From positions 1 through 64,000 of the IMG/VR virus record IMGVR_UViG_3300028591_000134: DNA of 64,000 nucleotides; one strand, written 5' to 3'. The position numbers and the translations under genes are program-made. Positions 13,000-26,201 of the stretch are shown one piece after another. Source of the DNA: a virus. Taxonomy: Duplodnaviria; Caudoviricetes. The notes beneath the pieces were generated by a model, which made no database searches, had not been told where the DNA came from, and saw only the letters and a list, made by a program, of their open reading frames with translations. Within the stretch, counting starts at the first letter, position 1, and every line of letters starts with the position of its first letter.

Positions 13000-13688
13000 G
13001 GAGTATTGACTTAATCGCAGGATTTGAGCTTGAGATAAATAAGCTCGATAATAGTTTGAATAAACCTGTTACAGACGATTCTATATATTGGTTGAATCAA
13101 GCTGTAATGAAGTTTATGAAAGATCGGTTCAACGGTAATGCTCCTAAACGTACATCTTATGAACAGAACGAAAAGCGTACAAGGGATTTAATTAATCTGC
13201 TTAGAGAAGTAGAATATATGAGCCCCGAGAGATATGATAGCAATCACGCTAGTTATGATTCCTATGAGTATATATATCCAACAGATATGATGTATGCACT
13301 CAATGAAGACGTTATAATATCAGACAATGCTGGGAATCATTAGATGGATGTGAGTGTATTCGAATGTACTGCTGATAGTTTTATGTATAGAATTATGAAT
13401 GGTCTTACAGACTTTCATTACAAGTATCATAGAGCTAGACCTTTAAGAGTTCGTACAAAAGATGGTTTCAGATTGCTTACCGATAAGAACTACAAGATTC
13501 AATCATATACGTTGGGTTACCTTGCAGTACCCACCGAAATAACAAACGAAGATCCTTCACGTAAGTACGAGGACTTCGAAGATTATACGTGGCAAGAGAT
13601 AATAAAGATTGCAGCTTAGATGTATGTAGAAAATCAGGCTGATCCGAGGTACAAAACTCTTACTGCAGAAGTACTTACACAAGAATAA
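12996..13688 (+). CDS. Head-tail ring/connector protein, 230 aa (TAG=Gln)
   Basis: Two track ORFs abut at a TAG (13343/13344). Motifs YEQNEKRTRDLINL, YPTDMMY and LGYLAVP. Ends at TAA 13686-13688. Confidence 0.7.
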
Positions 13689-13788
13689 TAATTTTTAACG
13701 TGGAAAGCCCGGCTAGTTAGATCTAGACTTGTGCTCCCGTAGAGTGGACACATGAATGTGGGGTGAGTAGAAGAAAATTTAATTTAAT

Positions 13789-14832
13789 ATGATTACATAC
13801 GTAAATACTGTGTTCGTTAGCAATAACGACACCGCTACACTGGCTAGCAATCCCGCCAGCATTAACAAAGGTCAGTTCATCGTTTATGACCTTGATCAGG
13901 CTAAATACGACATCGATGCTAATACCGTTCGTTTTAAGATTGGTATGGGTACCGGTAAGGTTGTGAAGGATCACAAAGGTGTTTCTCATCCTCAGATTAA
14001 GTGGTCTAACATCATCAATGTTGCTGATGTGAAGAGTATTGCTACTCTTGAGTATATGGCCTCAACTGAGGATTCAATTGAGATCGACTTCACTAATATG
14101 GAGCAGAATGTTGCTGGTCTTCTCGCTCAGGGTGGTAAACATGTCATCGTTCGTCTGACCTTCAAGGATATGCCTCACCGCTACCGTAAGTGGACTGAGA
14201 GTTATGAGTATGTTACTGAGTTTGGCGACGACGCTGCTGCCATCGCCTAGAACCTGGCTACTCTGATTAACAAGCAGTGGAAGCGTGCACGCGTTGAGGC
14301 TGACGGTACTACTACTTCCGGTAAGCTCGTTTTGACCGCTCTGCCTTATGACGACGACAATGCTGTTGAGACTCTGAACTGGGCTGAGAAAGTTCGTTTC
14401 AACGCTAACATTTATTTCACCGATCCTGCCGCTGATGGTTGGGAATCACTGAATAAGCATTTCCCCGCTGGTGTTACTATCACCAAGACTCCTGGTTATC
14501 GTTACGCTGCCGACGCTAAGCTTGTTCGTGATCGTGAGTCACAGGCTCTTGGTTATGAGGGCATCCTGAACCGTGGTAATGGTACTTGGCCGATCATTAA
14601 GCCGGCTCTTGAGACCGACCTCGATGCTGAGTACAATGCCATTACTCTCGAGTTTGAGAATATGTATCGTGCTGCTGACGACATCTTCCGTAAGACGAAG
14701 CAGTGTGTTGAGATTTACATGACTGCAGATACTACCACACTTGCTGGTAAGCTTACTACTGCTATTACACTTGCTAAGGACGGACGTCTTGTAACTGATA
14801 CTACAACTGAAGATCCCACTAACGACCAGTGA
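13789..14832 (+). CDS. Abundant structural protein (auxiliary capsid-like), 347 aa, single TAG
   Basis: MCP-like optimised codon usage. One in-frame TAG (14248-14250) joins two track ORFs. Confidence 0.7.
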
Positions 14833-14834
14833 TT

Positions 14835-15950
14835 ATGAAAGTAAGGATCGGAAATGATATCTGCTTACATGTGACATTGTTGGGTAATCAGGGTATAGAC
14901 TATATAAACATTAAGTCTATCCGTGCATTTCTCATTAATACTAGTAAGCAGTAGGATCTTGATGCTCAGCATAGGTATGATTCAGTTCACTACCACGATG
15001 AGATGGAGGATCGTAGACGTGTTGTGAAATACGTTGGTAGATTCCCTGCAGAGCCTCATTGCCGTCCGTACCACGGAACTCCCTACGATTTACTACATTG
15101 CGGGCATCCCACGTTCCACGTCCACCCGGTGTGGGCCGTGGCTCCGTATGTAGGGTTTGGAGTATATCCTCATACTTTCGATCCATTCCACAATCATCTG
15201 TGGGGTTACGACGACATGATGGATCTGCACGACAAAATGCTCATGAAGGATGAGGATTATAAAGAGCAGTACGGTCGTTGTGAATTTATGGCTCCCGTCA
15301 TGGCTACAGATCAGCCTAATGTCGTGGATGTACATTTCCCTGCAGAGAATTAGATTTATAAAGGTAATTACAAGCTTATGCTTATTGTTAAGCTGTATGA
15401 GCCTGGATATGGACGAAACAATTTAAGAACAGTTACTATGGATTATCAGGACATATTTACACTCGTCGGTTCTTCTAATGAAGAAGGGGCTTCTGGAAAT
15501 ATTACAATTAGTGTTGGTAATTTTATGAATGCAGAAAAGATTGTAGTAAGTGGAAATAAGGCTATTGGCCAAAATTCCAAAGGCGTACTTGAGGCAGAAG
15601 TTCTTCCAAAAGGCTTAGATATAGACAGCGTTACGTGGTCCATTAAGAGTGGAAGCGAGCAGTATCTTTATATTTATACTACTAGCGGAAATACACTTTT
15701 ATATGGCTCAAACGCTCTTCCTGACGGAGAAACTTCACATGTAGCATATATTACCGTTACATCCAATAAAACGCCTTCTGTATCTGTAGACGTCCCCATT
15801 ATGATTCTTGAAGACGGTAGCGTTGCTGTATCTACTCTTGATAAGTATGTACAGTCTGGTCAATATAATGCTGTTACAGACGCTATTGATCTGAATCTGA
15901 GTGATGGTTCTAAGGTATCTGTAGATACTGGTTGGTACGAAGGACAATGA
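14835..15950 (+). CDS. Structural protein with His/Pro-rich segment and Ig-like beta-rich C-terminus, 371 aa (TAG=Gln)
   Basis: MKVRIGNDI start; the frame continues through 2 TAGs to TGA 15948-15950. VLPKG...VTWSIKSG is an Ig-like pattern. Confidence 0.65.
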
Positions 15951-16249
15951 AAATGAAAGGTTGGAAGGATATAGTATAGTACTCCACGGCTGTCGCTTCA
16001 TTGACAAGTGGAATAGTCTTGGCGTTCTTCCAATATTTTGATTCGCAAGACATCTCTAACGGAGTTTTAGGGTATGTCGCACAAACTCTAGTATACGCAG
16101 CAAGTATATTCGGCGTAGCTATGTACTGGAACGGTAAATACCAGGAGTCCAGTAATATATGGAATAATCGGTACAACGAATTAAAACGGATGGTTAGACA
16201 TGATGAACATATTGACATGGTTGATAGTTCATCGGACGACAGCTACTAA
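15947..16249 (+). CDS. Holin (two predicted TM helices), 100 aa, Met-Lys-Met start, TAG at codon 11
   Basis: MKMKGWKDIV(Q)YSTAVASLTSGIVLAFFQYF...GVLGYVAQTLVYAASIFGVAMYW with a charged C-terminus. ATGA-coupled to the upstream gene. Confidence 0.75.
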
Positions 16250-16853
16250 GTGGTTTACGGGCCTCGCTATGGCGCTGATTTTAGCTTGGAGTGCAAACAC
16301 TCATATACAAAATAAAAAACTATCAGAAAGCCTAGAAATGGCTTAGAATAACATTGAGGCCTATTAGGGTTCCTTACAGGAGTCCTGGTAGGCCAATAAT
16401 GTTTTAAAGCTAGACATGGAAACTCTTAGTTAGTAGAACGATGAATTAATATAGAAAATAGACAGTGTAAGAAAAGAATTAAAAATAAAAGATAAGTTGT
16501 TAAATACAGCGGCAACTCAAAAACAGGTAATATACGTTAATGTTCAAAAAGAAGTACAAGGAGATCTAGTAGAGATACTAAAAGATACTACTTATACTGA
16601 TAGTATTAAACCTAATGATCTTACTACTGTCTACTATACAATAGGGGCCGATACAGTTAATATAGGCCTCGATATTAAGAATACACAATACCTTTACATC
16701 TATTCTAAAAAGGAATATAAGAATAAAAAGAAATTCCTTAAAAGGTTGTTTACATTTGACTTTAAGAAAGTAAGAAAGTACAAATACGAAATAGTAAACA
16801 CTAACGACCTTATTAATACTACAGATGTGAGGGTAATAGAAACAAGTAAATAA
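16200..16853 (+). CDS. Spanin-like (Rz-like) protein, 217 aa (TAG=Gln)
   Basis: N-terminal TM helix (WFTGLAMALILAWSA) followed by a coiled coil with 6 TAGs; it overlaps the holin 3' end. Confidence 0.6.
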
Positions 16854-16854
16854 T

Positions 16855-17583
16855 ATGACATAGATTTCGTTAAAAGACATAACTGACGATATTCTTCTAC
16901 TTGTTAGAAACAATAATATAAGCGAGAGCGAGGATTTGTCTAGAGCTTAGGTTCATCTCTGGGTTAAAGCTTATAGGAGTAGACTGCATAAAGAGAGATT
17001 AGATCAGCTAAAAGAATAGAGAAAACAGTATGGAATTACTGTGGAGGATCTAATTGACAACGAATACATCACAGTAAAAGAAGTAGGTCCGATGGAGTTA
17101 GAGGAAGTAGAATCAGAATCTGACCTTCCCATATTTACAAAACGGACTGTAGATAAGCTTGATAATGTATTCGATAATGCGGAGAGCAGTATACTAGCAA
17201 TACACGACTAGAATGGAGAAGTAATACAGTACACCAATCACATAAAGAGACATTACCAGTACTTTAGGAAGTACACATTCGGAGAGTTGACCGCGTACTA
17301 TAAGGACGACGGTCATATTTACGTATAGGGGGTTAGCGATGAGGGCATGCTAAAATACATATATGTATTAGCTGCATATGAGACTCCAGACGATGCAGAA
17401 GACTCTGATGATGACACTACTGAAGAAGAAAATGTAAAGATACCTGCGTGGATGGTACCGCATATTAAAGAGCTTATAATTAAAAACGAATTGGCATTCA
17501 TGCTTAATAGACCTAGCGATGATAGTAATAATGCTACTCTCGCAAGTGTTAAACCGCATGGACCACAAGACGATGAAGAGTAA
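16855..17583 (+). CDS. Tail ring/structural protein, 242 aa (TAG=Gln)
   Basis: ATG ACA TAG ATT... frame is continuous to TAA 17581-17583. C-terminal IPAWMVPHIKELII...PSDDSNN resembles crAss ring proteins. Confidence 0.7.
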
Positions 17584-18016
17584 ACAATCAGTAACCTTCA
17601 GGGATATGTACAACATGATGCCAATAGAGGTCGATTACGGCCTCTATAAGCGTGTTTTAGAGGAGATGTGTAAAGTTATCCTAGAGCACGTTTTAAACGC
17701 GTCAGACGGCTTTAAAATGCCTTATGGGCTAGGTTATATACAAGTGGTTAAGTATAAACCAAAGAGCTACACGGAGCAGTCCCTGTCAACAGATTATAAA
17801 TCGAGCAAAGATTACAATAAGAGAATATATCACCTGAATGAACATTCCGACGGGTATAAGTATAGGTTGTTTTGGTCAAAGTTACCTCGGACATTCCCAG
17901 ATAGATATAAATATTAGCTCTGTCTAGTACGATAGAATAAACGTAAACTAGCTCAATTAATATTTAATAATCAAGATTATATAAATATAAATGATATACA
18001 ATTATACAAAGTGTGA
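17573..18016 (+). CDS. IHF/HU-like DNA-binding protein of the crAss tail module, 147 aa (TAG=Gln)
   Basis: FKMPYGLGYIQV is an IHF-like arm motif, plus YHLNEHSDGYKYRLFW. Ends at TGA 18014-18016. Confidence 0.7.
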
Positions 18017-18863
18017 ATCAGTCATAGCTAAAATCATGGCTGATTTAGATTCTTCTGAAGTACGTCAGAGAACTAGTGATATTCGTGAATGGATATTCGA
18101 GGCCGTGGATAAGATTGGTGCTCCTATGTAGTATATCAGCAGGGAGTCTGGAGAGGACGGATTCCCCGTATTAGAAATTCAAGACTATCAAGTTCCCATA
18201 CCAGATGATCTACAAGTGTTAGACGGAGTGGCATATTCTAATACTCCGCACGGGCCTTGGAAGCCTATGAGAACTTCTACAGCTATATTTAAAGGTACAC
18301 ATAAACATGGTCCACATTGTCATTATCACGATTATCCTTTGATACCAAACTTAACTACAGCTCAGTCATAGTTCTATACTATCAATACTATGAAGTATTT
18401 GACTAGGATGTTTGGAGAGAATGGATTTGAAGACCCGCAGTACTTTATTAAACCTGGTTGGATAGTCACAAACCGTAGACACGGATTTATAAAGTTGGCT
18501 TATAAAGCTATAGCCACAGATGAACGAGGGTATCCTCTTATTCCAGACCTGACTTCATACTAGGAGGCAATCTATTGGTATGTTGTGATGAAGCTTACAT
18601 TCCCCAAGTTCATGAATGGACAGCTCGGAGGTAATTCTAAATATGCACAGAAGTACGCCAGAGATGCTTACTTCTATACACAGCAACAATGGAACTTCTA
18701 TAGAAATCAAGCGTATGCAGAGGCTATGATGCCTACTGCAGACGATATGCAAAATATAAAGAATGATTGGAATAAGCTTATCCCTGATTGGGATGGGGAT
18801 GATACATTCTTTAAGAATATAGGTAAAGAACAAATAACATACAACGATTACCATGTCCACTAA
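17991..18863 (+). CDS. Tail tubular protein-like, 290 aa (TAG=Gln)
   Basis: Motifs EWIFEAVDKIG and AYKAIATDERGYPLIPD...(Q)EAIYWY. Lies directly before the tail stabilisation gene. Confidence 0.75.
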
Positions 18864-21800
18864 TTCTAACACACAACAAATTAATGTGTTCAACAAAGGT
18901 ATGAACACTGACACATCGGATGCTTACTTGCCAGCTGAGCAATACAGGTATGCTGAGAATCTCAGGTTCCTTACCAATGAGGGAGAGAATAGTGGGGAAC
19001 TTAGGTTAATTGAAGGATATAAAAAGATAGAACAGCTATTAAATGAACAAGAAGAGGTAAAAGCTGTAACGTCTATTAGAAATCTCATTGTTATACTATC
19101 CAATAACACTGCCGCTCAAATTCATATAATAGACAAAGACAAGATTGGTACAAAAAAAGAAAATAAGGAATGGTTCCCATTTTAGGCAAAAAATGATAAG
19201 TGGAATTCCGATCACTATAGTCTTGTAACTAGATATGAAGACGAAGATAATATAAAACTATATGTAGCAGATGGAATAAATCCATTAAGAGCATTCAGTA
19301 TACATAAAGGTGCTACCAATCCTGATAATTTTGAAAATGTGGATAAATCTGCCGGAATAAATGTATTTGGTGGATTTGGCGAGATTGTTAGAATTAATGG
19401 TCAGCTTAAGCCAGGAATTGTTCAATACGCTTACATTTTATATACTAAGTATGGTGGGTCATCTGCTGTATCTCCGTCTACAAAACCGCTTAGTGTATAT
19501 GAATCTGCGAATCCAGATAAAGGTATAATGCAAGATTTTTTTACTAATGTTGGATTTTAGGTAGAGATAAAAGAGAACAAGTCTACAACTCCGTATGAAA
19601 AGATCTTAATTTATCGAATAACTTATTCAGAAATTGGCCAACAACCAAATATAGATTTATTGTTCGACGACGACTTGAACGATTCGAATTATATATTTTT
19701 AGATAGAGGTCAAGAACCAATAACGTCTGATACAACATTTGCTGAATTTTAGGCAATGAGTAGTAATTTAGATATTGTTCCGAATTATATAGAATCTAAA
19801 AATGATTATCTATTTGTAGCAAATCTTAAATATAATAAGGCGGAAGCGACAGATAAATACTTTAATGAATGGGATGCTTCTGCACAAATAGATGATGACG
19901 GATATTTAAATTTTAATGTTCCGTTTAAAACTGCAGGGCAGCATGGTAGCCATAGTGGATGGTGGGGCAATACAGGATTGAATATAGATTGGCAGTTGTT
20001 TACTATAACCAAAGATATTGTCGACGATCATTCAGAAGATACAAAGACATTGCAACGCGATGAAATATACAGATACGGTATAATATTATATGATAAGTTT
20101 GGAAATAAATGGCCTGTAAAACATATAGCCGATATTAGGACTCCCGATAATTCTATATCTCCAATATTGATGACAAATCAACCAGATCCTCAATATTTAA
20201 AGGCAAATATATTGGCCGTATAGTTTACCGTGAACAACTTAAATAAAGATTTGTTTCCTTACTACGAAATCGTAAGATGTTAGCGTAAATCTACAGATAT
20301 ACACAACATTGCCCAAGGTATTATCGGAAGAACGATGAAAAATAATTCAGTAGACGATAGTGTAGGTGTAAATAATAAATACTATCCTTCTGGATTTGTT
20401 TCGATGTGGAATGTATTTTCAGATTCGTATGACGATGATAGAAGAGAAGCAGGTAGAGCACATCATACAAAAGTTACAACTGATAAATCTACACTATTTA
20501 TGTTTTGTTCTCCAGAAGTAAGTTATAGTAGTACTTTTGTAGACGAAATTGTAAATATGGAAAACTTATTAAAGTTGAATGTTTTTATGGACGTTCCTGC
20601 AGAAAAATAGACTAACGCCGACTTTAACTTTAAAAGTGTCCAATGGGCTAGAACTACTGAAAACGGAGCGGAGATAGATCAAAACAATAATTTATTACCA
20701 TCACATTTGGTGCGTTTTGGAAGTTCAGGTTTGTGTTTAAACGCCATAAATGACGGAGACGACGATAATCCAATATTCGAAAGAGTAGAAGTTTCTGGAG
20801 GAAATTATATATTTTGTCATCCCGATTCGCAATTCTCACATACAGATGCAAATGAAAATTCAACTTTAACTGGCAAAGTTGTAGAAATTGATTCCGATAC
20901 CGGCAAAGTAAAATATGTTTACCCACCGCAAAACGTATTACGAGCACATAATCTCGGATCTTCAACAGTAAATTATTTATCATATACGTACGACATTGAT
21001 AAAATTCGATTTGCAAATTCTCCACAATTTAATGAATTTGCTACGTCAGGTAATTTTAATTATGAAAATGCGACTACTTTGATTGGAAGTTATGATTTCA
21101 TAAATTGGTCTGTCGCAATGCTATAGAAGTTTAAAGATAATAACGAATGGCTTAATGTAGAAAGCGTTTATAGTTTAGGCCGGCCGAGTAATAAAGACGA
21201 GGATGAATTTATTGATATAGCTCGTGCGGATAATACTGCTTCATATGTATACGAACATTGGGCATATCGTTATCCAATAGGAAGTGGGGGCAAATGTTTG
21301 TTATTTACTTCAGAGGATGAAATAAATCATGTTTCTAGAGTAGGAGATATTACAATAGCGAATTTATAGAATCCCAATGTAACTCCATATGCTGGAGAAT
21401 AGTCTAAAGATTATTCTGTATATACGTCTTATGGAAATTATTTTGAAAATGATGAAAATCCACATGAAGTATACGACGGTGACAGATATATATAGAATTT
21501 TTATTATAACGCCTTACATACTTGGGAAGATGATCAATTTGTACATGCACCGAGAATGTCTACAGTATATATAGTTCCGTTAGAAACGCGTATAGATATG
21601 AATTCTGATAGCGGCGATTCGTATAAACGTGTTTCGAAAAAAGCAACATTTGGTGATAAATATTCCAGATACATTTAGGATTATGTGTCAAAGATGTAGA
21701 ATTATTCGCAAGAGAACGATGCCTATATGTACAATACCGCTTATAGTGCAGAACCAACATTGCAAGTTAGTTCCGCTGTAAGTCAAGATGATCTAGAGAA

Positions 21801-22914
21801 TAGTTAGTATGATTATAGAGTATATGTATCTCTACAGAAAACAAACAACGAACGTATTGACAATTGGTTGAACTATAAATCTGCGAATTATCTAGACGTA
21901 GATACTCGATATGGGGAGATAACAGATCTTAGACTATTCAAGAACACTCTAATGTTCTGGTAGAAAGATGCTACTGGAGTATTAAGTGTAAACGAACGTA
22001 CAATGCTGCAGGATGTAAATGATACTAATATTATCTTGGGCAACGGCGACGTATTACAGAGATACGATTACCTTACTACCGAATACGGCATGGCTCCTGA
22101 ACAGATGTGTGAAACATAGTCAGATACTACATTATATTGGTGGGATTAGTACAGGAAAGAGATATTAGCATATTCTGGAGGATAGTAGGTACTTCCAATG
22201 AAGAAACCTAAAACGGTAAGCTCGTTAATAAATAGGGGACAGCTTATAAATAAACCTAAGATGTCATACGATCATAAGTATCATGAAGTACTTATGCATG
22301 TAGTAAACATACCGTACATAGAATATCTAAAACGATTTGAGAATAACTTCCCAGTAGACGGTTTTGAGAATGACTTTATTATAGCTGAAGAACGATTCAA
22401 TAGATATCCGATAGTATACAACGAGATTGTGCAGCAATTTACTTCTGCATACACCACTCCGTTTGAACATTCAGTTGTTGTAAATGGTAAGAACTACATG
22501 TTTGAGAACAACGATGTGTATGAATGGAACAAAGTTGGAGAAAAGCTTTACCCAAGGTTGAGATATGTAGTAAACGCTAATAGTACGTTTACTAAGACAT
22601 ACGATAATGTACAACTTGGAATGGGAGAGTCTTTCTATTACGATCTATTCTACAATAGCGAACCAGATACTACTAAGAGAGACAATCAACCATTGACGTT
22701 TGCTTTCCGCACAATAGGGCAGCAATCTCAGCTCGATAAGAATATAACTAATAGAGAATACGACCTCAGATTTGCTATACCTAGAGATAAAGATGCTCAG
22801 TATGGTGGAAGAATGAGAGGAAGAACAATGCAGTGCGAACTTACTTCGTCTAGTAGCTCCACTGATTTTTCAATACAATATATAATAACTAAATATAGAA
22901 TTTCGTGGAGTTGA
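18853..22914 (+). CDS. Tail stabilisation / muzzle protein, 1,353 aa (TAG=Gln)
   Basis: Six track ORFs in one frame. N-terminus is NVFNKGMNTD...YRYAENLR, internal TLQRDEIYRYGIILYD and LDVDTRYGEITDL, C-terminus GGRMRG...ITKYRISWS. Confidence 0.82.
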
Positions 22915-22915
22915 T

Positions 22916-24451
22916 ATGAAAGATTATTTTAAGATTGATCCAGAATTTCCGGAATTTGATCAGCTAATGCTCGATTAGCAAAATAAAATGCTTGCAGATA
23001 TTAAGAATCAACGTAAAATTAGATTCGAATAGAATTCAATGAATGTTCTTCCTGGAGCTATTGCGTTTATGGGTCAAGCGTTTAATGCTGCTAAATACGG
23101 AAAAACAGCAGATGATATTCTTAGAGATGCCGGTACTACAATGCAATCTGTTGGTGGTGTAGGATATTAGACGTATAAGAATATAGATACGCAACGTTTG
23201 ATGGATGAAAACCATAAAACACATGTGAACAATACACTAGGGTTGATGGCAACTGGTGCAACAACAGGTGCTGCTTTTGGACCAATAGGAGCCGCTATAG
23301 GTGGTGGAGTAGGTTTACTTGCCGGTTTATTTGGTGGAGGAAAAAGTCACGCATAGGCTAGAGAAGCTCAGCAAGATGCTATATATAGAGCCAATATGAC
23401 TAATAATTACAATAGAAGTGTAGCTGCAACACAAGCGGCTCAAATGGAAAATAGAAGAATGTACGGAAATTACGAAAATATGCCGCTGCATGCAGCTAAT
23501 GGAATGGAACCCGCGTATGCTAGTGCTGGAGAGGTGAAATGGAATCCTAGTAATTCTTATTCTAGTGGAATGATACCTGGAAGTACAGCACAGGGGGATT
23601 GGGTTCCAACAACTGTTAATGACGACACTACAATATTTACAAAACAATTTGATTTTGCACAACGCGCATTACCTGATGTAATGAAAATAAAAGCTATAGA
23701 TAATGCGATAGATTCTGTAAAAGGCAAATCTGCAAAAGAAGTTACTAAGAATGTATTGGCAAAAGAAAGAAACACTGCTGAACAGAATCTTGCGATGTTG
23801 GCATAGGAACAGCATGAAACTATGGAACCGATAAGACAAGCACAAGAAGGTGTACAACACGCTGCAACAGGCTTAGAGTGGGGTAATCTACTTACAAGCG
23901 GCATAGGAGGTTTAATTGGCTTAGGACAATACTTTGGGGCTAAGAACCAACGTGTAAAGAATCCCAACACGTATGTTCCTAATATGTATGCTCCTCGTGC
24001 ATTTGACATCTTAGGAGGCATGAGGATAAGTTCTAAGCCTATTATGGATCAGATTAATAGAGATGATGCTGCAGGTAGATACAGGTTAGCTACAGCTGGA
24101 GGTTTGAGTGGAGCTTAGAAGTATTTAGGTAATATAGCACTTACAAACAATTCTCAGGTAGCAAGGGCTAATGCGTTAGCTGCAATACAGCAACAGAATA
24201 ATGCTTACGGTTCACAGTATGCTCAAGCATTACTTACTTCTGGAGCACAAGAAGCTCAGAATAGGATGGCTACTAACCAATGGGATCTTGATTACTATAG
24301 CAAGGCTCATGCTGCAAGACAACAAGGTATGCAAATGGGTCTGTATAATTCACTGAATCAGTTACAACAGTATATGGCCAACGCTAATAAGCTTAGGATG
24401 TTTGGAGATATGAAGAGGCTATATGAAGCTGATATAAAGAGTAGAGCTTAA
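22916..24451 (+). CDS. Virion cargo/ejection protein with glycine-zipper TM segments, 511 aa (TAG=Gln)
   Basis: GAAFGPIGAAIGGGVGLLAGLFGG glycine zipper and Ala/Gln-rich coiled coils. Located after the tail stabilisation gene. Confidence 0.75.
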
Positions 24452-24453
24452 TT

Positions 24454-26199
24454 ATGGTATACGCATATGATTAGTGGGCGCAGATGCCCACAAAAGATCT
24501 GTTTGATACGCAGATGATGCTGGCTAGCGTAGAAGCTGCCAAGAACATGTATGAAAAGGCTTTAAAAAAGTTTGAAGATTTTAGAAAAGAATATTCTGAT
24601 TTCTATTCTCCATTTGAAGAAGATATGCGGGCGTACACTAATATTGTCGGAGGAATACAGAAAGATATAGAAGATATGTATGCTTCTGGAATAGACCCGC
24701 TTAGAAGTGTAGAAGGCCGTAATAGACTATATTAGAGAATCAATTCAATAAGTCCGGCGACGATGTCTGCCATGAAAGCTAATGCGCAATATGGTACTGC
24801 ATATTAGTCCGCATTAGCCAAGTTGTAGGCTTCAGGAAAATATGATCCTGTTGCTGAGGCAATGCGGTTGCAGGAACTTGGTATCAGCCCATTTAATGAG
24901 TTTAGTACAGTTGGTCCAGATGGGAAAATACGAATGTGGACACAATAGTCGCCAATAGAACTTCAAACGTTAAAAGACGCTACTGATGAATGGTATAAGA
25001 CCAGACAGCCGCACCTTCTTAGCAAGGAAGATGTTAATAGTTTTATAGATGCCTCTGGAAATCCATACCAGTATGACCCGAGATACGATTATTCTGGATT
25101 TACAGACAGCGATCTTATGAATATAGCTAGAAATAATACTCCTGGCTGGGAGGGTACATTCTGGTCAAGATATTATAGAAATATCGCGGCAAGTAAAGTT
25201 GCTGCAAGAGGGGAGCAGCCTACTGAAGATGCGATAGAGAGATAGTTACAGAGAGATATAGCTGACGCTTAGCAAGGGTATCTTATTGCTCCTAATAGAA
25301 CTGAAAACAAATTTGCATTAGAAAATGCAAGATATCAACATAATGCTGAAGTTGCAAGAATTAGACATAGTGGCGGAAGCGGTTCGCAAGCAGAAGGATC
25401 TAGATGGACCGAAAGACAGCAAGCTAATGTTGCAAATAAATATTTGAAAGCACTTAAAGATATGGAGGCCACAGGAAATTATCCACGTACCGCTTCCGAA
25501 TTTTATAAGTTGTCTCAAACTTCTGTAAATGGTCTCGATAGACTTACAGCATAGGCTCTTCTTGCAGGAACAAATTCTGTAGATCAGCTTTCAGAAGATG
25601 GCGGAATAAAGAGACATCCGATTTCATTCGGAGATGGCACTCTGACGGTTACTGCTGTAAAACAAAATGAATATTTTGATCAGTTTAAGCCTAAAGATAA
25701 GTATGCAAATTTCCGTTCGTTGACCAGTACATATGATCAATTTATATCTAAAAAACTGGAAGATTTTAATGAATGGTTAAACACGAATCATGTTTCCGGT
25801 TATGTTCCTGTACCAGAAGTTACTGTGAACTGGAATGCAACTGCAGGCTATGATCAATATGATATAAATGGCGTCATTCGAGTAAGAAAGTCAGAAGTCG
25901 AGCAGTATTTTAAAAATAACATTGATGCTATTGTAGGAATGGCTAACGAAATAGGCATGGTCGCTTTAGACAAAGACGGTAAGCGCGTATATGTAGATAA
26001 CGATGCATCTAAAAATAAATTAGTATCTGATAAAATAGAATATTACGACATTCCTGTAACTAGAACCGTAAGTGGAGAAGGATACGGCAATGCACAAATA
26101 GATACATTCCACGACACGTAGTTTACTAAAGCGACTGCAGCTAAGAGAGAAGGCAGCTATATTGAAGATGATGATACAGATTTTATTTTCGGTGATTGA
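24454..26199 (+). CDS. Virion cargo/ejection protein, 581 aa (TAG=Gln)
   Basis: Frame starts MVYAYD(Q)WAQMPTKDLFD and ends at TGA 26197-26199. Lies between the first cargo gene and the RNAP. Confidence 0.7.
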
Positions 26200-26201
26200 T
26201 T

